From positions 952,498-1,016,497 of the forward strand of contig OZ242200.1 in the NCBI GenBank assembly GCA_965205995.1: a DNA stretch of 64,000 bases, read 5' to 3'. Below, in pieces: positions 1 to 10,168 of the stretch (the first letter of the stretch is position 1; the number at the start of each line of letters is the position of its first letter). The notes under the pieces are model-generated. The model had not been told where the DNA came from and made no database searches. It worked only from the letters and a program-made list of their open reading frames with translations. This stretch comes from Alphaproteobacteria bacterium (GTDB lineage: Bacteria > Pseudomonadota > Alphaproteobacteria > MPNO01). Both the position numbers and the translations under genes were made by a program.

Positions 1-621
1 GGCGGTGGAAATCCGGCGCTCGTCGTCGTTGCAGATGCCGATCGGGAAATACCCGTCTTCGAAACGCGCGTTCTGGTCGTGCAGGTTTTCGAAGCCGTGA
101 TCCTCGGCCGACGCCGCGAAGCCCCTGGTGAAGCCGGGCCATTTCTCCTCCGGCACCCGGCTGATCCGGATCGGCCCGTCCTTCCCGTGCAGCGGGCCGC
201 CACGGTCGAGATCGGTCTCCAGCTTGATGAAGAACGGAAGCACGTCCTCCCAGCCCCAGCCCGCGGCGCCGCGCGCGACCCAGTCGGCATAGTCGCTGGG
301 CAGCCCCCGGTTCGACACCATGCCGTTGACCGAGGAGCCGCCGCCGATCACCCGGCCCTGGATATAGCGCCGGCGCGCCCGGCGGTCGGGCGCGTTGCCG
401 GGCCGGGGCGAGAAGACCGCCTGGAGGCCGGACCAGGTGAAGCGTCCGCTCGAATGGGCGGCGCCGCCGAAGATGTCGCGCAGCGCCTCGGGCTCTTCTC
501 CGGGGACGAAATCCTCCCCCGCCTCGACCAGCAGGACCCGGTTGGCCGGGCGCGCGCTCAGGCGGTTGGCGAGCACGCAGCCGGCCGATCCGCCGCCGAC
601 GATGATGAAGTCGAAGACCAT
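1..621 (-). CDS. GMC oxidoreductase (choline dehydrogenase family), N-terminal part; runs off the window start
   Basis: Not in the ORF track. The reverse strand from ATG 621 reads MVFDFIIVGGGSAGCVLANRLSARPANRVLLVEAG, the GMC FAD-binding start. Confidence 0.9.
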   Translation of the reverse strand, partial: MVFDFIIVGGGSAGCVLANRLSARPANRVLLVEAGEDFVPGEEPEALRDIFGGAAHSSGRFTWSGLQAVFSPRPGNAPDRRARRRYIQGRVIGGGSSVNGMVSNRGLPSDYADWVARGAAGWGWEDVLPFFIKLETDLDRGGPLHGKDGPIRISRVPEEKWPGFTRGFAASAEDHGFENLHDQNARFEDGYFPIGICNDDERRISTA

Positions 622-628
622 TTTCGGT

Positions 629-1198
629 TCAGCTCCCGGCGCCGGCGGGATCGGCGACCTCGCTTACACGGCGGCGCAGCGCGATGAGCCCGCCGTCGCA
701 AACCCCGAGCGCTTCCAGCCGGGCGATCGTGTCCCGCAGATAGTCCGCATTGGTTCCCCGCTCGCCGCGGCAGAGGGCGATTCGGCGGACCTCTTCCCCG
801 GCGTCGATCCCGCGCGCGTAATAGGGCGTCCGACGGTCGACCGCCAGCGTAAACCCCGCCACCCGCCCGCCGGCGGTTTCAAGACTCACCTTGCGCAGCC
901 TGTATATGTCCTCGGCGAGTTCGCGCCGGTCGAGATAGCGCGCGGCCGCCTCCCGCTGGCGCGCGGCGATCCGGTAGGCTAGGCCGCGGCAGGACCCGCC
1001 GGCATCGAGCCCGAGCACCAGCCCCGGCCGCTCGGGCGTCCCGCGATAGACCGTCGAGTCGACGCAGAACCGGCGGTGGTAGCCGCGAAGCAGCGCGCTC
1101 CGCGTCTCGACGAAGGCGAAACCGGGGTCCCACATCAGCGATCCGTAGGCGAAGAACCAGACATCGCCCGGCCCGTCGAAGACGATCTTCGCGGTCAT
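629..1198 (-). CDS. chaC: ChaC-like gamma-glutamylcyclotransferase
   Basis: WFFAYGSLMW and YRGTPERPGLVLGL motifs. Confidence 0.9.
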   Translation of the reverse strand: MTAKIVFDGPGDVWFFAYGSLMWDPGFAFVETRSALLRGYHRRFCVDSTVYRGTPERPGLVLGLDAGGSCRGLAYRIAARQREAAARYLDRRELAEDIYRLRKVSLETAGGRVAGFTLAVDRRTPYYARGIDAGEEVRRIALCRGERGTNADYLRDTIARLEALGVCDGGLIALRRRVSEVADPAGAGS

Positions 1199-2108
1199 CT
1201 CGAGGCCAGCGCGAAGCCGGTCACGGCAACCGCCATGCCGACGATCGAAACCGGACCCAGAACCTCGTCGAATATGCCGACGATCGAAACCGGACCCAGA
1301 ACCTCGTCATCGCATAGCCCATCGCGGCGGTGATCGCCGGGGTCAGATAGAACAGGCTCGCCACCCGCGAAGCCTCGCCGCGCCGCAGCAGATAGAACAG
1401 CAGGTTGTAGGCGCCGATGGTGAGCACGACAACGAGCCAGGCCAGGGAAAACACGAACTCTCCGGTCCATTCGATCGCGCGCGTCTCCAACATCATCACC
1501 AGGCCGAGGGTGAGGACCGCATTGACCCCCGCCTGCAGCGCCGTTCCCGAACGCAAATCCATGTCGGCGCAGAAGCGCTTCTGGTAGACGGTGCCGATGG
1601 TGAGCGCGAGCACGCTGGTCACGCCCAGCGCCATGCCGAACAGCGTGCCCTCGGCGATGTCGATCTTGCGCCAGACCACCATGACGACGCCGGCGAAGCC
1701 GAGCACCAGCCCGAGCCACCGGCGCGCGCTCACGGTCTCGCCGAGGGCCCGGCCGACGATCATCGCGGTCAGGAGAGGCTGCAACCCGACGATCAGCGCG
1801 AGCGTGCCGATCGCCACCCCCTGGTCGACGGCGACGAACACCGGCCACAGATAGCCGCAATGGACCAGCACCCCGGCCACCACCACATGGCCGGCTTCGG
1901 CGGCGCTGCCCGGCCAGGGCGCGCGGACGGCGGCGGCGACGGCGACCAGGAACAGGGTTCCGAAGGCGAAACGGAGCGCCAGGAAGGTCAGCGGCTCGAC
2001 ATAGGGCATGCCGAATTTGGTGAAGATGTTCCCGGTGCTCCAGGTCACCGCGAAGATCAGCGGCGCCGCGGCGAGAAACAGCCCATGCGCGGAACGGCCG
2101 GCGGTCAT
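1195..2108 (-). pseudogene. DMT/EamA transporter frameshifted near the 3' end by a 35-bp duplicated insertion
   Basis: The EamA frame from ATG 2108 runs to ASLFYLTPAITAAMGYA. The natural end IFDEVLGPVSIVGMAVAVTGFALASR is in another frame. 1235-1269 is identical to 1274-1308. Confidence 0.75.
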
Positions 2109-3001
2109 GCGCCAACCGCTCCGCGCCGGGTCACCAGAAAGACGCCGACGCCGGCGAGCGCGAAGCCGGCGAGCGCCACCGGCCCGAAGGTCTCGCCAAA
2201 GGCGAGATAGCCGAGCAGCACGGTCGTCGGCGGGGTCAGATAGAACAGGCTGGATACCCTGGCCGCCTCGCCGCGCCGCAGCAGGATGTAATAGAGGTTG
2301 GACGCGGCCACCGACAGGACCAGGACGAGCCATATCAGGACCAGCGCGAGCTCGACGCCGGGAACCACCTCGTTGGTCTCGATCAACAGCGCGAGCGCCC
2401 CGGTGGTGAAGAACGCCGTTCCGTGCTGGATGATCATCCCCGTCCTCAAATCCATCGTCGCGCAGTAGCGCTTCTGATAGAGCGACGCTGCGGTGATCAG
2501 GATAGGGGTGAAGGCGGCGACGATGTAGCCGAGCGGCGTGCCGGAAGCAACGCTCACGCTTTCGCCGAGCACGCAGGCAAGCCCGGCGAAGCCGAGGACG
2601 AAGCCGATCCACTGGACCGCGCCGACCCGTTCGCCGAGCGCGCGGCCGACCAGCACGGCGGTGACAAGCGGCTGCATCCCCGCGATCAGCGCGACCGTTG
2701 CCTGCGGCACCCCCTCGCCCAGGGCTATGAAGATGCAGGAGAGATAGGCGGAGTGAAGCAGGAACCCGGCGCAGGCGATATGTCCCGCCTCGCGCCAGGT
2801 CGCCGGCCATGCCGCCGCGAGGAAGGGAAGCGCCGCGCCGACGACGATGACGTTGAGCGCCGATCGAATCGCCAGCAGGGTCAACGGCTCGGAGAATTCG
2901 ATCCCGAAACTGGTGACCGGGAAGCCCGACGCCCAGCACAGCACGAACAGCCCCGGCGCAAGCGTCACCCAGAGCGGGGTGGATCTGTCCCTGCCGGTCA
3001 T
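2105..3001 (-). CDS. DMT/EamA transporter
   Basis: Hydrophobic EamA pattern (FVLCWASGF...VSSLFYLTPPTT); tandem paralogue of the downstream gene. Confidence 0.88.
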   Translation of the reverse strand: MTGRDRSTPLWVTLAPGLFVLCWASGFPVTSFGIEFSEPLTLLAIRSALNVIVVGAALPFLAAAWPATWREAGHIACAGFLLHSAYLSCIFIALGEGVPQATVALIAGMQPLVTAVLVGRALGERVGAVQWIGFVLGFAGLACVLGESVSVASGTPLGYIVAAFTPILITAASLYQKRYCATMDLRTGMIIQHGTAFFTTGALALLIETNEVVPGVELALVLIWLVLVLSVAASNLYYILLRRGEAARVSSLFYLTPPTTVLLGYLAFGETFGPVALAGFALAGVGVFLVTRRGAVGA

Positions 3002-3114
3002 CGCCCGGGAGGTCTGCGCGCGCGGTCGGAAGTCTTGCCCATCGGCCCACAATAGCGGCCCGCCCGCCGCCGCTCGACCGCCGCCGCGGCGCCGCATATA
3101 ACCGGCGGATGGCG

Positions 3115-3382
3115 AGCCCGCATTTCTCACCAGGGTCACGGCCTGCGTCGCGCCCAGGCGTTCGATCCGCCAGGAGCGGGCCGAAAAGCGTAGCGGGGAC
3201 TACGGTTGAGGCCCGCGACGATGCGGGCGGGCGCCTGGGCGCGACCCGGAGGGCGGCGCTGTCCGGCCGACAGGGTGCGTCGAAGCGCTTGCCCGATGTC
3301 CCCGCATCGCGCCGCGCGCCTCTCCTGCCCTGTCGGCCGGACAGCGCCGCGCAGGCCATGACCCTGGCGGGAAATGCGGGCT
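3115..3382. mobile_element. MITE-like structured element with 33-bp terminal inverted repeats
   Basis: 3115-3147 matches the reverse complement of 3350-3382 at 30/33 positions. Internal perfect IRs are 3147-3160/3232-3245 and 3253-3275/3328-3350. Confidence 0.7.
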
Positions 3383-4399
3383 AGGAAGGCGGCGTTCGGC
3401 GCGGCGGCGTTTGTCCTCGCCGCCCTTGTCTACAGCGCGATCTGGTGGATCGCCGCCGACAGGCTGCGCGGCGGGTTCGACGGCTGGGCCGCCGAGATGC
3501 GCGCGCGCGGCTGGTCGGTATCCTACGAGCGGTTCCGGATCGAAGGCTATCCCGGCCCCCTCGCCCCGATCGTCGAGGCGCCGTCGCTCGCGGCGCCCGA
3601 GGCTTTGGGGGGCTGGCGCTGGCAGGGTCCGCGAGTGACCGCAAGGGCCTGGCCGTGGAACCCGTCCCGCATCGCTTTTACCGGCGCGGGCGAGCACCGC
3701 CTTCGACCCGGCTCCGATACTTCCCCGATCCGGGCGAAGCTGGGCATCGCCTCTGGCCTGCTGCTGCGCCCGGGAACGGAGACCCGAATCGTCCTCACGC
3801 TGGGCAATATCGCGATCCGGGCGGACGGGAAACCGCCGCGCTCGATCGCGTCCGCCGAAGCGACGATCGTCCTGCCGGACCGGCCGGGCCGCGCCGATGC
3901 GGGGCGGGGGCCCGAGCCGCCGGGTCCGACGATCGCGCTCAGCCTCGCGGGGATCGAACTCGGCGGGCCGGACCGTGGGATCGACGGGGTTTCGCTGAAC
4001 GCCAAGCTGACCGGTCCGGTCCCGCGCGCGGCGACGGCCAGGGCGCTCGCGGTGTGGCGCGACGGCGGCGGCGTGGTCGAGATCGGCGAAATTGTCCTGC
4101 GCCGGCGGCGCGCGCGTGTGAACGGCTCGGGCACCGTCGCGTTCGACCGCGACCTCCAGCCGATCGCCGCCCTGTCGCTCCGCATCGAGGGCCGTCGGGA
4201 CCTGGTCCGCGCGCTCGTCGCCCACGGGGCGGTCGAGCAGCGCGATGCCGGGGCGGTCGGGCTCGCACTCCAGCTCGTCGCCGGCGCCGGCAAGGGGCGC
4301 GGCGGCGGATCCGCGCTGCCGGTGACCGTCCAGGACCGCCGGCTGTTTCTCGGGCCGCTTTCGGTGATGCGCCTGCCGCGGATCGACTGGGACGGCTAG
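3374..4399 (+). CDS. DUF2125-like protein
   Basis: N-terminal TM helix (YSAIWWIAA), IEGYP motif, 'WRDGGGVVEI' segment; usual position convergent with tyrC. Confidence 0.7.
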   Translation: MRARKAAFGAAAFVLAALVYSAIWWIAADRLRGGFDGWAAEMRARGWSVSYERFRIEGYPGPLAPIVEAPSLAAPEALGGWRWQGPRVTARAWPWNPSRIAFTGAGEHRLRPGSDTSPIRAKLGIASGLLLRPGTETRIVLTLGNIAIRADGKPPRSIASAEATIVLPDRPGRADAGRGPEPPGPTIALSLAGIELGGPDRGIDGVSLNAKLTGPVPRAATARALAVWRDGGGVVEIGEIVLRRRRARVNGSGTVAFDRDLQPIAALSLRIEGRRDLVRALVAHGAVEQRDAGAVGLALQLVAGAGKGRGGGSALPVTVQDRRLFLGPLSVMRLPRIDWDG

Positions 4400-5310
4400 C
4401 CGTCGTCGCCCGGCTGGGGCGGGATGTGCTGCTGGGCGGCGACGACACCGCGGCGGATGTCGCGGGTGCGGGTGAACAGCAATTCGAGCGCCGCCCCGTC
4501 GCCGACGCGCACCGCCCGCTGAAGCGCCGACAGGTCCTCGGTGAAGCGGCCCAGCATTTCGAGCACGGCGTCCCGGTTGTTGAGGAAGACGTCGCGCCAC
4601 ATCACCGGGTCGGACCCCGCGATCCGGGTGAAATCGCGAAAACCCGCGGCCGAGTACTTGATCACCTCGGACTTCAGATGCTCCTCCAGATCGGTCGCCG
4701 TGCCGACGATCGTGTAGGCGATCAGATGCGGGATGTGCGAGGTGATCGCCAGCACGTTGTCATGGTGCGCCGCATCCATCCTGGCGATCATGCTGCCGGC
4801 GCGGCGCCACAGCTCCGACACAAGCTCGATCGCGCCCTCGTCGGTTCCCGGCGGCGGGGTGATCAGGAACCAGCGCCCTTCGAACAGCGTGTCGAACCCG
4901 GCCTCCGGACCGGTGTTCTCGGTCCCGGCGATCGGATGGCCGGGGACGAAGTGAACGCCTTCCGGGAGATGCGGGAGCACGGATTCGAGCACCGCGCGCT
5001 TGACCGAGCCGACATCGGAGACGATGGCGCCCGGCTTGAGGCTGGGGGCGATGGCGCGGGCGATCGCGCCATAGCTGCCGATGGGCGTGCAGATCACCAC
5101 GAGATCGGCGCCCGCCGCCGCCTCGGATGGGTCGTGGGTGGTGGAGTGGACGATTCCGAGCCGGCGGGCGGCCTCGAGGGTCTCGGCGCGGCGCGCGCAG
5201 CCGACGATGTGGTTGGCGAGGCCGTCGCGCCTGACCACGCGGGCCAGCGAAGAGCCGATCAGCCCGATTCCGATCAGGGCGATCCGTTCGAACAGGACCC
5301 CATTCGCCAT
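4396..5310 (-). CDS. tyrC: prephenate/cyclohexadienyl dehydrogenase
   Basis: GIGLIGSS, DVGSVK, GHPIAGTE, TSHIPH and GFRDFTRIA motifs. Confidence 0.95.
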   Translation of the reverse strand: MANGVLFERIALIGIGLIGSSLARVVRRDGLANHIVGCARRAETLEAARRLGIVHSTTHDPSEAAAGADLVVICTPIGSYGAIARAIAPSLKPGAIVSDVGSVKRAVLESVLPHLPEGVHFVPGHPIAGTENTGPEAGFDTLFEGRWFLITPPPGTDEGAIELVSELWRRAGSMIARMDAAHHDNVLAITSHIPHLIAYTIVGTATDLEEHLKSEVIKYSAAGFRDFTRIAGSDPVMWRDVFLNNRDAVLEMLGRFTEDLSALQRAVRVGDGAALELLFTRTRDIRRGVVAAQQHIPPQPGDDG

Positions 5311-5313
5311 CGG

Positions 5314-6402
5314 TCAGCCCGCAAAGGCCTCGATCGCGTCGACGAGGGCCCGCATTTCGTCCTCCAGCCCGAGGGTGATCCGAAGATGGTTCGGCAGGCG
5401 GTTGCCGGCGGCGGCGCGCGGGATCAGGCCGTGGCGCGCGAGATGGGCGAGCCCGGCCCGGGCGTTGCGGCCCTCCTCCTCGGGGAACTCGACGAGGACG
5501 AAATTGCCGATGCTCGGCGTCACCTTCAGGCCGGTGGCCGCGATCCGCTCGGAGACCCAGGGGAGCCAGGCCGCGTTGTGGTCGCGCGACCGGGCGAGGA
5601 AATCGGTGTCCTTGACGGCGGCAATCCCCGCCGCCTGCGCCGGCGCGGCGACGCTGAACGGTGAGCGGATGCGATTGAGCACGTCGGCAATGGGTTCCGG
5701 ACAATAGGCCCAGCCGAGCCGGGCGCCGCCGAGCCCGTAGATTTTCGAGAAGGTGCGCGTCATCACCGTGTTCCGGCCGCGATCGACCAGCGACACCCCG
5801 GCCGTATAGTCGTTGCGCGTCACGTATTCGGCATAGGCGGAATCGATCACCAGCAGCACGTCATCCGCCAGCCCCTCGCGCAGGCGCACCAGGCCCTCCT
5901 CGGGTATGTAGGTGCCGGTCGGGTTGTTGGGGTTGGCGATATAGACGATCCGGGTTTTGGGCGTCACCGCGGCCAGCAGGGCATCGACATCGGCGGTGAG
6001 GTCGCGTTCCGGCGTCTCGACCACCTCGGCGCCGACGCTGAACCCGATGAGCCGGTACATGACGAAGGCGTGGACATGGGTCAGCACCTGGTCGCCGGGC
6101 CCGGCATAGCCGCGCGCCAGCAAAGTAAGCAGCTCGTCCGAGCCGGAGCCGCAGACGATGCGCCCCGGATCGAGCCCGTGGGCCGCGCCGATCGCCTCGC
6201 GCAGCGCCACGGATCCGCCATCGGGGTAGCGGTGGATGTCGGCCGCGGTCTCGGCCAAAGCGCGCATCGCCGCCGGGCTCGGTCCCAGGGCGCCTTCGTT
6301 CGACGACAGCTTGATCACCCGCGCGCGGCCCGGGATCGATGACTCTCCGGGAACGTAAGCCGCGATTTTGAGGATGCCTGGCCGGGGGGCGGGCCCGCTC
6401 AC
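5314..6402 (-). CDS. hisC: histidinol-phosphate aminotransferase
   Basis: KLSSNE, NPNNPTG, DSAYAEY, RTFSKIYGL (PLP Lys). The GTG start overlaps the pheA stop (GTGA). Confidence 0.93.
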   Translation of the reverse strand: MSGPAPRPGILKIAAYVPGESSIPGRARVIKLSSNEGALGPSPAAMRALAETAADIHRYPDGGSVALREAIGAAHGLDPGRIVCGSGSDELLTLLARGYAGPGDQVLTHVHAFVMYRLIGFSVGAEVVETPERDLTADVDALLAAVTPKTRIVYIANPNNPTGTYIPEEGLVRLREGLADDVLLVIDSAYAEYVTRNDYTAGVSLVDRGRNTVMTRTFSKIYGLGGARLGWAYCPEPIADVLNRIRSPFSVAAPAQAAGIAAVKDTDFLARSRDHNAAWLPWVSERIAATGLKVTPSIGNFVLVEFPEEEGRNARAGLAHLARHGLIPRAAAGNRLPNHLRITLGLEDEMRALVDAIEAFAG

Positions 6403-7310
6403 GGCCGGCTGCCGCCGCTGCGGGCGTCGATGTCGCTGGCGGCGAAGGGCTCGGCATAGGAGCCCAGCACGCGAACCGCCGCCGCGTCGTCCCCGCCGAT
6501 TTCCTCGGCGATGGCGGCGATCCTGTCGTCCCCCTGTTCGACGAAACCGTCGACCTCGAGCAGGAACAGCGTGGCGTCGGGGTCGACATCGTCCTGATGG
6601 GCCAGTGTCAGCCGCGATGCGAGCCCGCGGGACTTGAACGCGCCGTGAACCCGCGCGCGGCTGGTGTTGCTGCCGGACTCGACGACGACGAAGCTGCGAT
6701 CGCGCGCGGTCGGCTCCGGCGCCTGCATGGCGATGACCAGGGAGTCGTGATCGGCGCCCGACAGCCGCCGCATCGGCACGAAGGGGAGCCGGGCCACGAT
6801 CGACGGGCGGCCGGCGCCCGGGACCCTGGCGCCATATTGCAACAAGCGCGGCCACCAGGGGGTCTCCTGACCGTCGGTGGGGAATGGCAGGACCCCCACC
6901 GTCGCATCGCCCTGGGTCACCGCGATGAACACGCCGGTGACGGTTCCGTGCAGCGAGATCGGAGCCGCGGCGCCGAAATGGGTCTCGGCGATTTCGCAAC
7001 GAGGGTCCGATTCCTCGGCGCCATAGACCGCCACCACGAAGTCTTCCTGCAGTCCCAGGCTCGCCGAAATGATCTGCCGCCAGATCAGCAGCAAGGAAAC
7101 GAGCGGAAACTCGCCATCATGGCGGTCGGCCAGGCGCTGCAGAATCTCCGCCTCCCGGCCGGGCCGGTAGGCGGGCGCGGCGGAACCGGATTTGGCATCG
7201 GCCACGGACCCGACCAGCGCGCTGCGCTCCATCAACAGACCGTGCAGACGATCGTCGATGGCGTCGATGCGCTTTCTCACCTCGGCAAGCGACTCCTTGG
7301 AATGAGCCAT
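6399..7310 (-). CDS. pheA: chorismate mutase (PheA-like, with degenerate PDT/ACT part)
   Basis: LAEVRKRIDAIDDRL...RPGREAEIL and C-terminal VRVLGSYA; operon with hisC and tyrC. Confidence 0.82.
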   Translation of the reverse strand: MAHSKESLAEVRKRIDAIDDRLHGLLMERSALVGSVADAKSGSAAPAYRPGREAEILQRLADRHDGEFPLVSLLLIWRQIISASLGLQEDFVVAVYGAEESDPRCEIAETHFGAAAPISLHGTVTGVFIAVTQGDATVGVLPFPTDGQETPWWPRLLQYGARVPGAGRPSIVARLPFVPMRRLSGADHDSLVIAMQAPEPTARDRSFVVVESGSNTSRARVHGAFKSRGLASRLTLAHQDDVDPDATLFLLEVDGFVEQGDDRIAAIAEEIGGDDAAAVRVLGSYAEPFAASDIDARSGGSRP

Positions 7311-7496
7311 GGCGGTCTGGTCTAACCCCGTCGCCTATGAATTTGTATTTGCCGTCGGCCGGACGAATTCATGCCGTATTTGTGGCGACTTATAACCAGC
7401 CCCCGCATTGGTTACAATCGGCGCCGCCACCGCCGGGCGTTGCCCGGGGTGACATAGCCGCGGTTGCCGGTTCTTCGAGGATTCGAGACTGAGCTC

Positions 7497-8672
7497 ATGA
7501 ACCCCGTACAGCTCAATCGCTGGACGTCGCTGTTGCAGGCGGACATGCCGGGCACGCATGTCCGCCTGGCGACCGAGGAGCCGCTGCTTCTCGATTGCGG
7601 CGTCGCGCTGGGGCCGGTCACGGTCGCCTTCCGGACCTACGGAACGCTGAACGCCGAACGCTCGAACGCGATCCTGGTGTGCCACGCGCTGAGCGGCGAC
7701 CAGTTCGTCGCCGAGCCCCACCCGGTCACCGGCAAGCCGGGCTGGTGGGACCGGCTGGTCGGGCCGGGCAAGGTGCTCGACACGGACCGCTACTTCATCA
7801 TTTGCTCCAACGTGCTGGGCGGGTGCATGGGGACCACCGGACCGATGGACCCCAACCCGGAAACCGGCGAGCCCTACGGTCTCGATTTCCCGGTGATCAC
7901 CATCGGCGACATGGTGCGGGTCCAGGCGCTGCTGCTCGACCGCCTCGGGATCGAGCAGCTGTTCTGCGTGACCGGCGGCTCGATGGGCGGGATGCAGGTG
8001 CTCGAATGGGCGGCGCGCTATCCCGAACGGGTATTCGCGGCGGTGCCGATCGCCGCGGCGGCGCGCCACTCGTCGCAGAACATCGCGTTCAACGAAGTCG
8101 CGCGCCAGGCCATCATGGCCGATCCCGACTGGTGCCAGGGCAACTATCTGCGCCACGGCAAGGTGCCGACCCGCGGCCTCGCGGTGGCCCGCATGGCGGC
8201 CCATATCACCTATTTGTCGGACTCGGCGCTGCACCGCAAGTTCGGCCGCCGGCTGCAGGGCCGGGACGCGCTGAGCTTCGGTTTCGACGCCGACTTCCAG
8301 GTGGAGAGCTATCTGCGCCACCAGGGCAGCACCTTCGTCGAACGCTTCGATGCCAACTCCTATCTCTACATCACCCGCGCGATGGACTATTTCGACATCG
8401 CGGCGGAGCATGGCGGGGCGCTGTCCAAGGCCTTCGCCGGCACCCCGGTCAGGTTCTGCCTGTTCTCCTTCACCAGCGACTGGCTGTTTCCGACGAACGA
8501 AAGCCGCGAGGTGGTGAGGGCGCTCAACTCGGTCGCCGCCAATGTCAGCTTCGTCGAGGTGAAGACCGACAAGGGGCACGATGCCTTCCTGCTCGACGAG
8601 CCCGAGTTCGCGATCACGTTCCGGGGCTTTCTCGACGGCGCGGGGAGGCACCGGGGCCTCGCGGAGCGATGA
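7497..8672 (+). CDS. metX: homoserine O-acyltransferase
   Basis: CHALSGD, GGSMGG nucleophile motif, GHDAFLL; start codon uncertain. Confidence 0.94.
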   Translation: MNPVQLNRWTSLLQADMPGTHVRLATEEPLLLDCGVALGPVTVAFRTYGTLNAERSNAILVCHALSGDQFVAEPHPVTGKPGWWDRLVGPGKVLDTDRYFIICSNVLGGCMGTTGPMDPNPETGEPYGLDFPVITIGDMVRVQALLLDRLGIEQLFCVTGGSMGGMQVLEWAARYPERVFAAVPIAAAARHSSQNIAFNEVARQAIMADPDWCQGNYLRHGKVPTRGLAVARMAAHITYLSDSALHRKFGRRLQGRDALSFGFDADFQVESYLRHQGSTFVERFDANSYLYITRAMDYFDIAAEHGGALSKAFAGTPVRFCLFSFTSDWLFPTNESREVVRALNSVAANVSFVEVKTDKGHDAFLLDEPEFAITFRGFLDGAGRHRGLAER

Positions 8673-9319
8673 CCGCCGGGCCGACCGGGGCTCCGGCACC
8701 GGCGATCCGCCGCGATCTCCAGATCATCGCCGACATGATCGAGCCGGGCTCGCGGGTGCTCGATATCGGCTGCGGCGACGGCGAACTCCTCTATCACCTG
8801 GTGAATTTCAAGGATGTCGACGCGCGCGGGATCGAACTCAGCCAGGACGGGGTGAATGCCTGCGTGGTGCGCGGGCTGTCGGTGATCCAGGGGGACGCCG
8901 ACACCGATCTGGCCGATTACCCGCCGGGCGCGTTCGACTACGCGGTGATGAGCCAGACCCTCCAGGCCACGCGGGCGCCGCGCGATCTTCTGGGCCAGCT
9001 TCTGCGGATCGCGACGCGGGTGGTCGTTTCCTTCACCAATTTCGGCCAGCTCGGCACGCGCTGGCGGCTGGTATGGGAGGGGCGCATGCCGGTGATCGGC
9101 GTGGCGGGCGAGCGCTGGTACGATACCGCGAATATCCACCTCTGCACGATCCGCGACTTCCAGGAGCTGTGCCAGGATTTGGAGGTGGTGGTGGAACGCG
9201 CGGTCTCTCTCGACCGCAGCGGGCGCGTCAGCACGATCGGCAAGATCGGGCCGTTCGCCAATCTAAGGAGCCGGGAGGGAATCTTTTTGCTGCGGCGCCA
9301 GGACGCGTCGGCGGGTTGA
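8669..9319 (+). CDS. metW: methionine biosynthesis protein MetW
   Basis: [31 protein letters not shown]; coupled to metX. Confidence 0.92.
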   Translation: MTAGPTGAPAPAIRRDLQIIADMIEPGSRVLDIGCGDGELLYHLVNFKDVDARGIELSQDGVNACVVRGLSVIQGDADTDLADYPPGAFDYAVMSQTLQATRAPRDLLGQLLRIATRVVVSFTNFGQLGTRWRLVWEGRMPVIGVAGERWYDTANIHLCTIRDFQELCQDLEVVVERAVSLDRSGRVSTIGKIGPFANLRSREGIFLLRRQDASAG

Positions 9320-9994
9320 AGGCATGGCGGCCGGCGTCGCGGCGTAGATCAGCTTGGTCGCTTCGGCGATCAGCACGCCGCCGAGGCGGGGAAACCAGCG
9401 CCCGCCCATGCGCTCCCATGCCGGGGCGGCGGCATGGAGAACCCGCCGGCGGCTTGGCGGCACGAACAGCCCGTAGCGCGCCGCGACGGGGTTGAACATG
9501 GCGTCCCGCAGCAGCCGGGAAAGCTGGGACTGCGAGTAGGGGTGGCCGTGTCCGAAAGGCGTCCGGTCGAGCCGGGCCCAGATTCCGGTTCGGTTGGGAA
9601 CCACGACGACGAGCCTCGCCCCGTCGGCCATCACCCGCCAGACCTCGCGCAGCATCGGCCTGAGCTGCTCGGTCGACTCCAAGGCGTGGACCAGGATCAC
9701 CCGATCCATCGAAAGGTCGGGCAGGGGCAGCTCCGCCTCGTCGGCGAGGGCCGCCAGATTGGCCCCCTCGCCCGGCCAGCGGATCACTCCCTGACGCGCC
9801 GGCATCACGGCGATGACCCGGTCCGCCTCGACGCGGAACTGGCCGAGATAGGGCGTGGGATAGCCGATCCCGAGCACGCTCATACCGGTCACCTCGCCCC
9901 AGCACGCGCGGACATGGTCGCGGATCACGCGGCGCGCGGACCCGCCGATACGGGAGCGGTAGAAGTTCCTCAACTCGACCACGTCGGTCCACAT
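9263..9994 (-). CDS. class I SAM-methyltransferase-like protein (YafS type)
   Basis: Typical divergent neighbour of gloB; TPFGHGHPYS motif. Confidence 0.82.
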   Translation of the reverse strand: MWTDVVELRNFYRSRIGGSARRVIRDHVRACWGEVTGMSVLGIGYPTPYLGQFRVEADRVIAVMPARQGVIRWPGEGANLAALADEAELPLPDLSMDRVILVHALESTEQLRPMLREVWRVMADGARLVVVVPNRTGIWARLDRTPFGHGHPYSQSQLSRLLRDAMFNPVAARYGLFVPPSRRRVLHAAAPAWERMGGRWFPRLGGVLIAEATKLIYAATPAAMPSTRRRVLAPQQKDSLPAP

Positions 9995-10004
9995 CCGGCC
10001 AGCC

Positions 10005-10030
10005 TAGAGCGTATCCGTTTTGGGTGGAAC
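10005..10030. repeat. isolated end of the TAGAGCG MITE family
   Basis: tagagcgtatccgttttgggtggaac matches 33428-33453 at 24/26 positions. Confidence 0.65.
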
Positions 10031-10168
10031 GATTTCCGCCTTCCCCGTCGTTTCGACAGGGGCGAAAAATCCGACGGCTCGGGTATCGCGGCACGGATGG
10101 CATGGGCCGCTGCTTCTTGCTAGTTTGCGCCCCTCCGGATGGTAACGATTGCGGGAGAAGGCGCAGCC

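Noticed and set aside
3445-5664. Long alternative-frame and antisense ORFs (also 12061-14445, 29890-32856, 57240-60524)
   Set aside because: Shadow ORFs of high-GC genes: Arg/Pro-rich with no motifs.
7311-7545. SAM-II/SAM-SAH riboswitch upstream of metX
   Set aside because: The consensus motifs (TGATTT...GCTAAA; CAACGGCTTCCTG) were not found; there is only a short imperfect IR.
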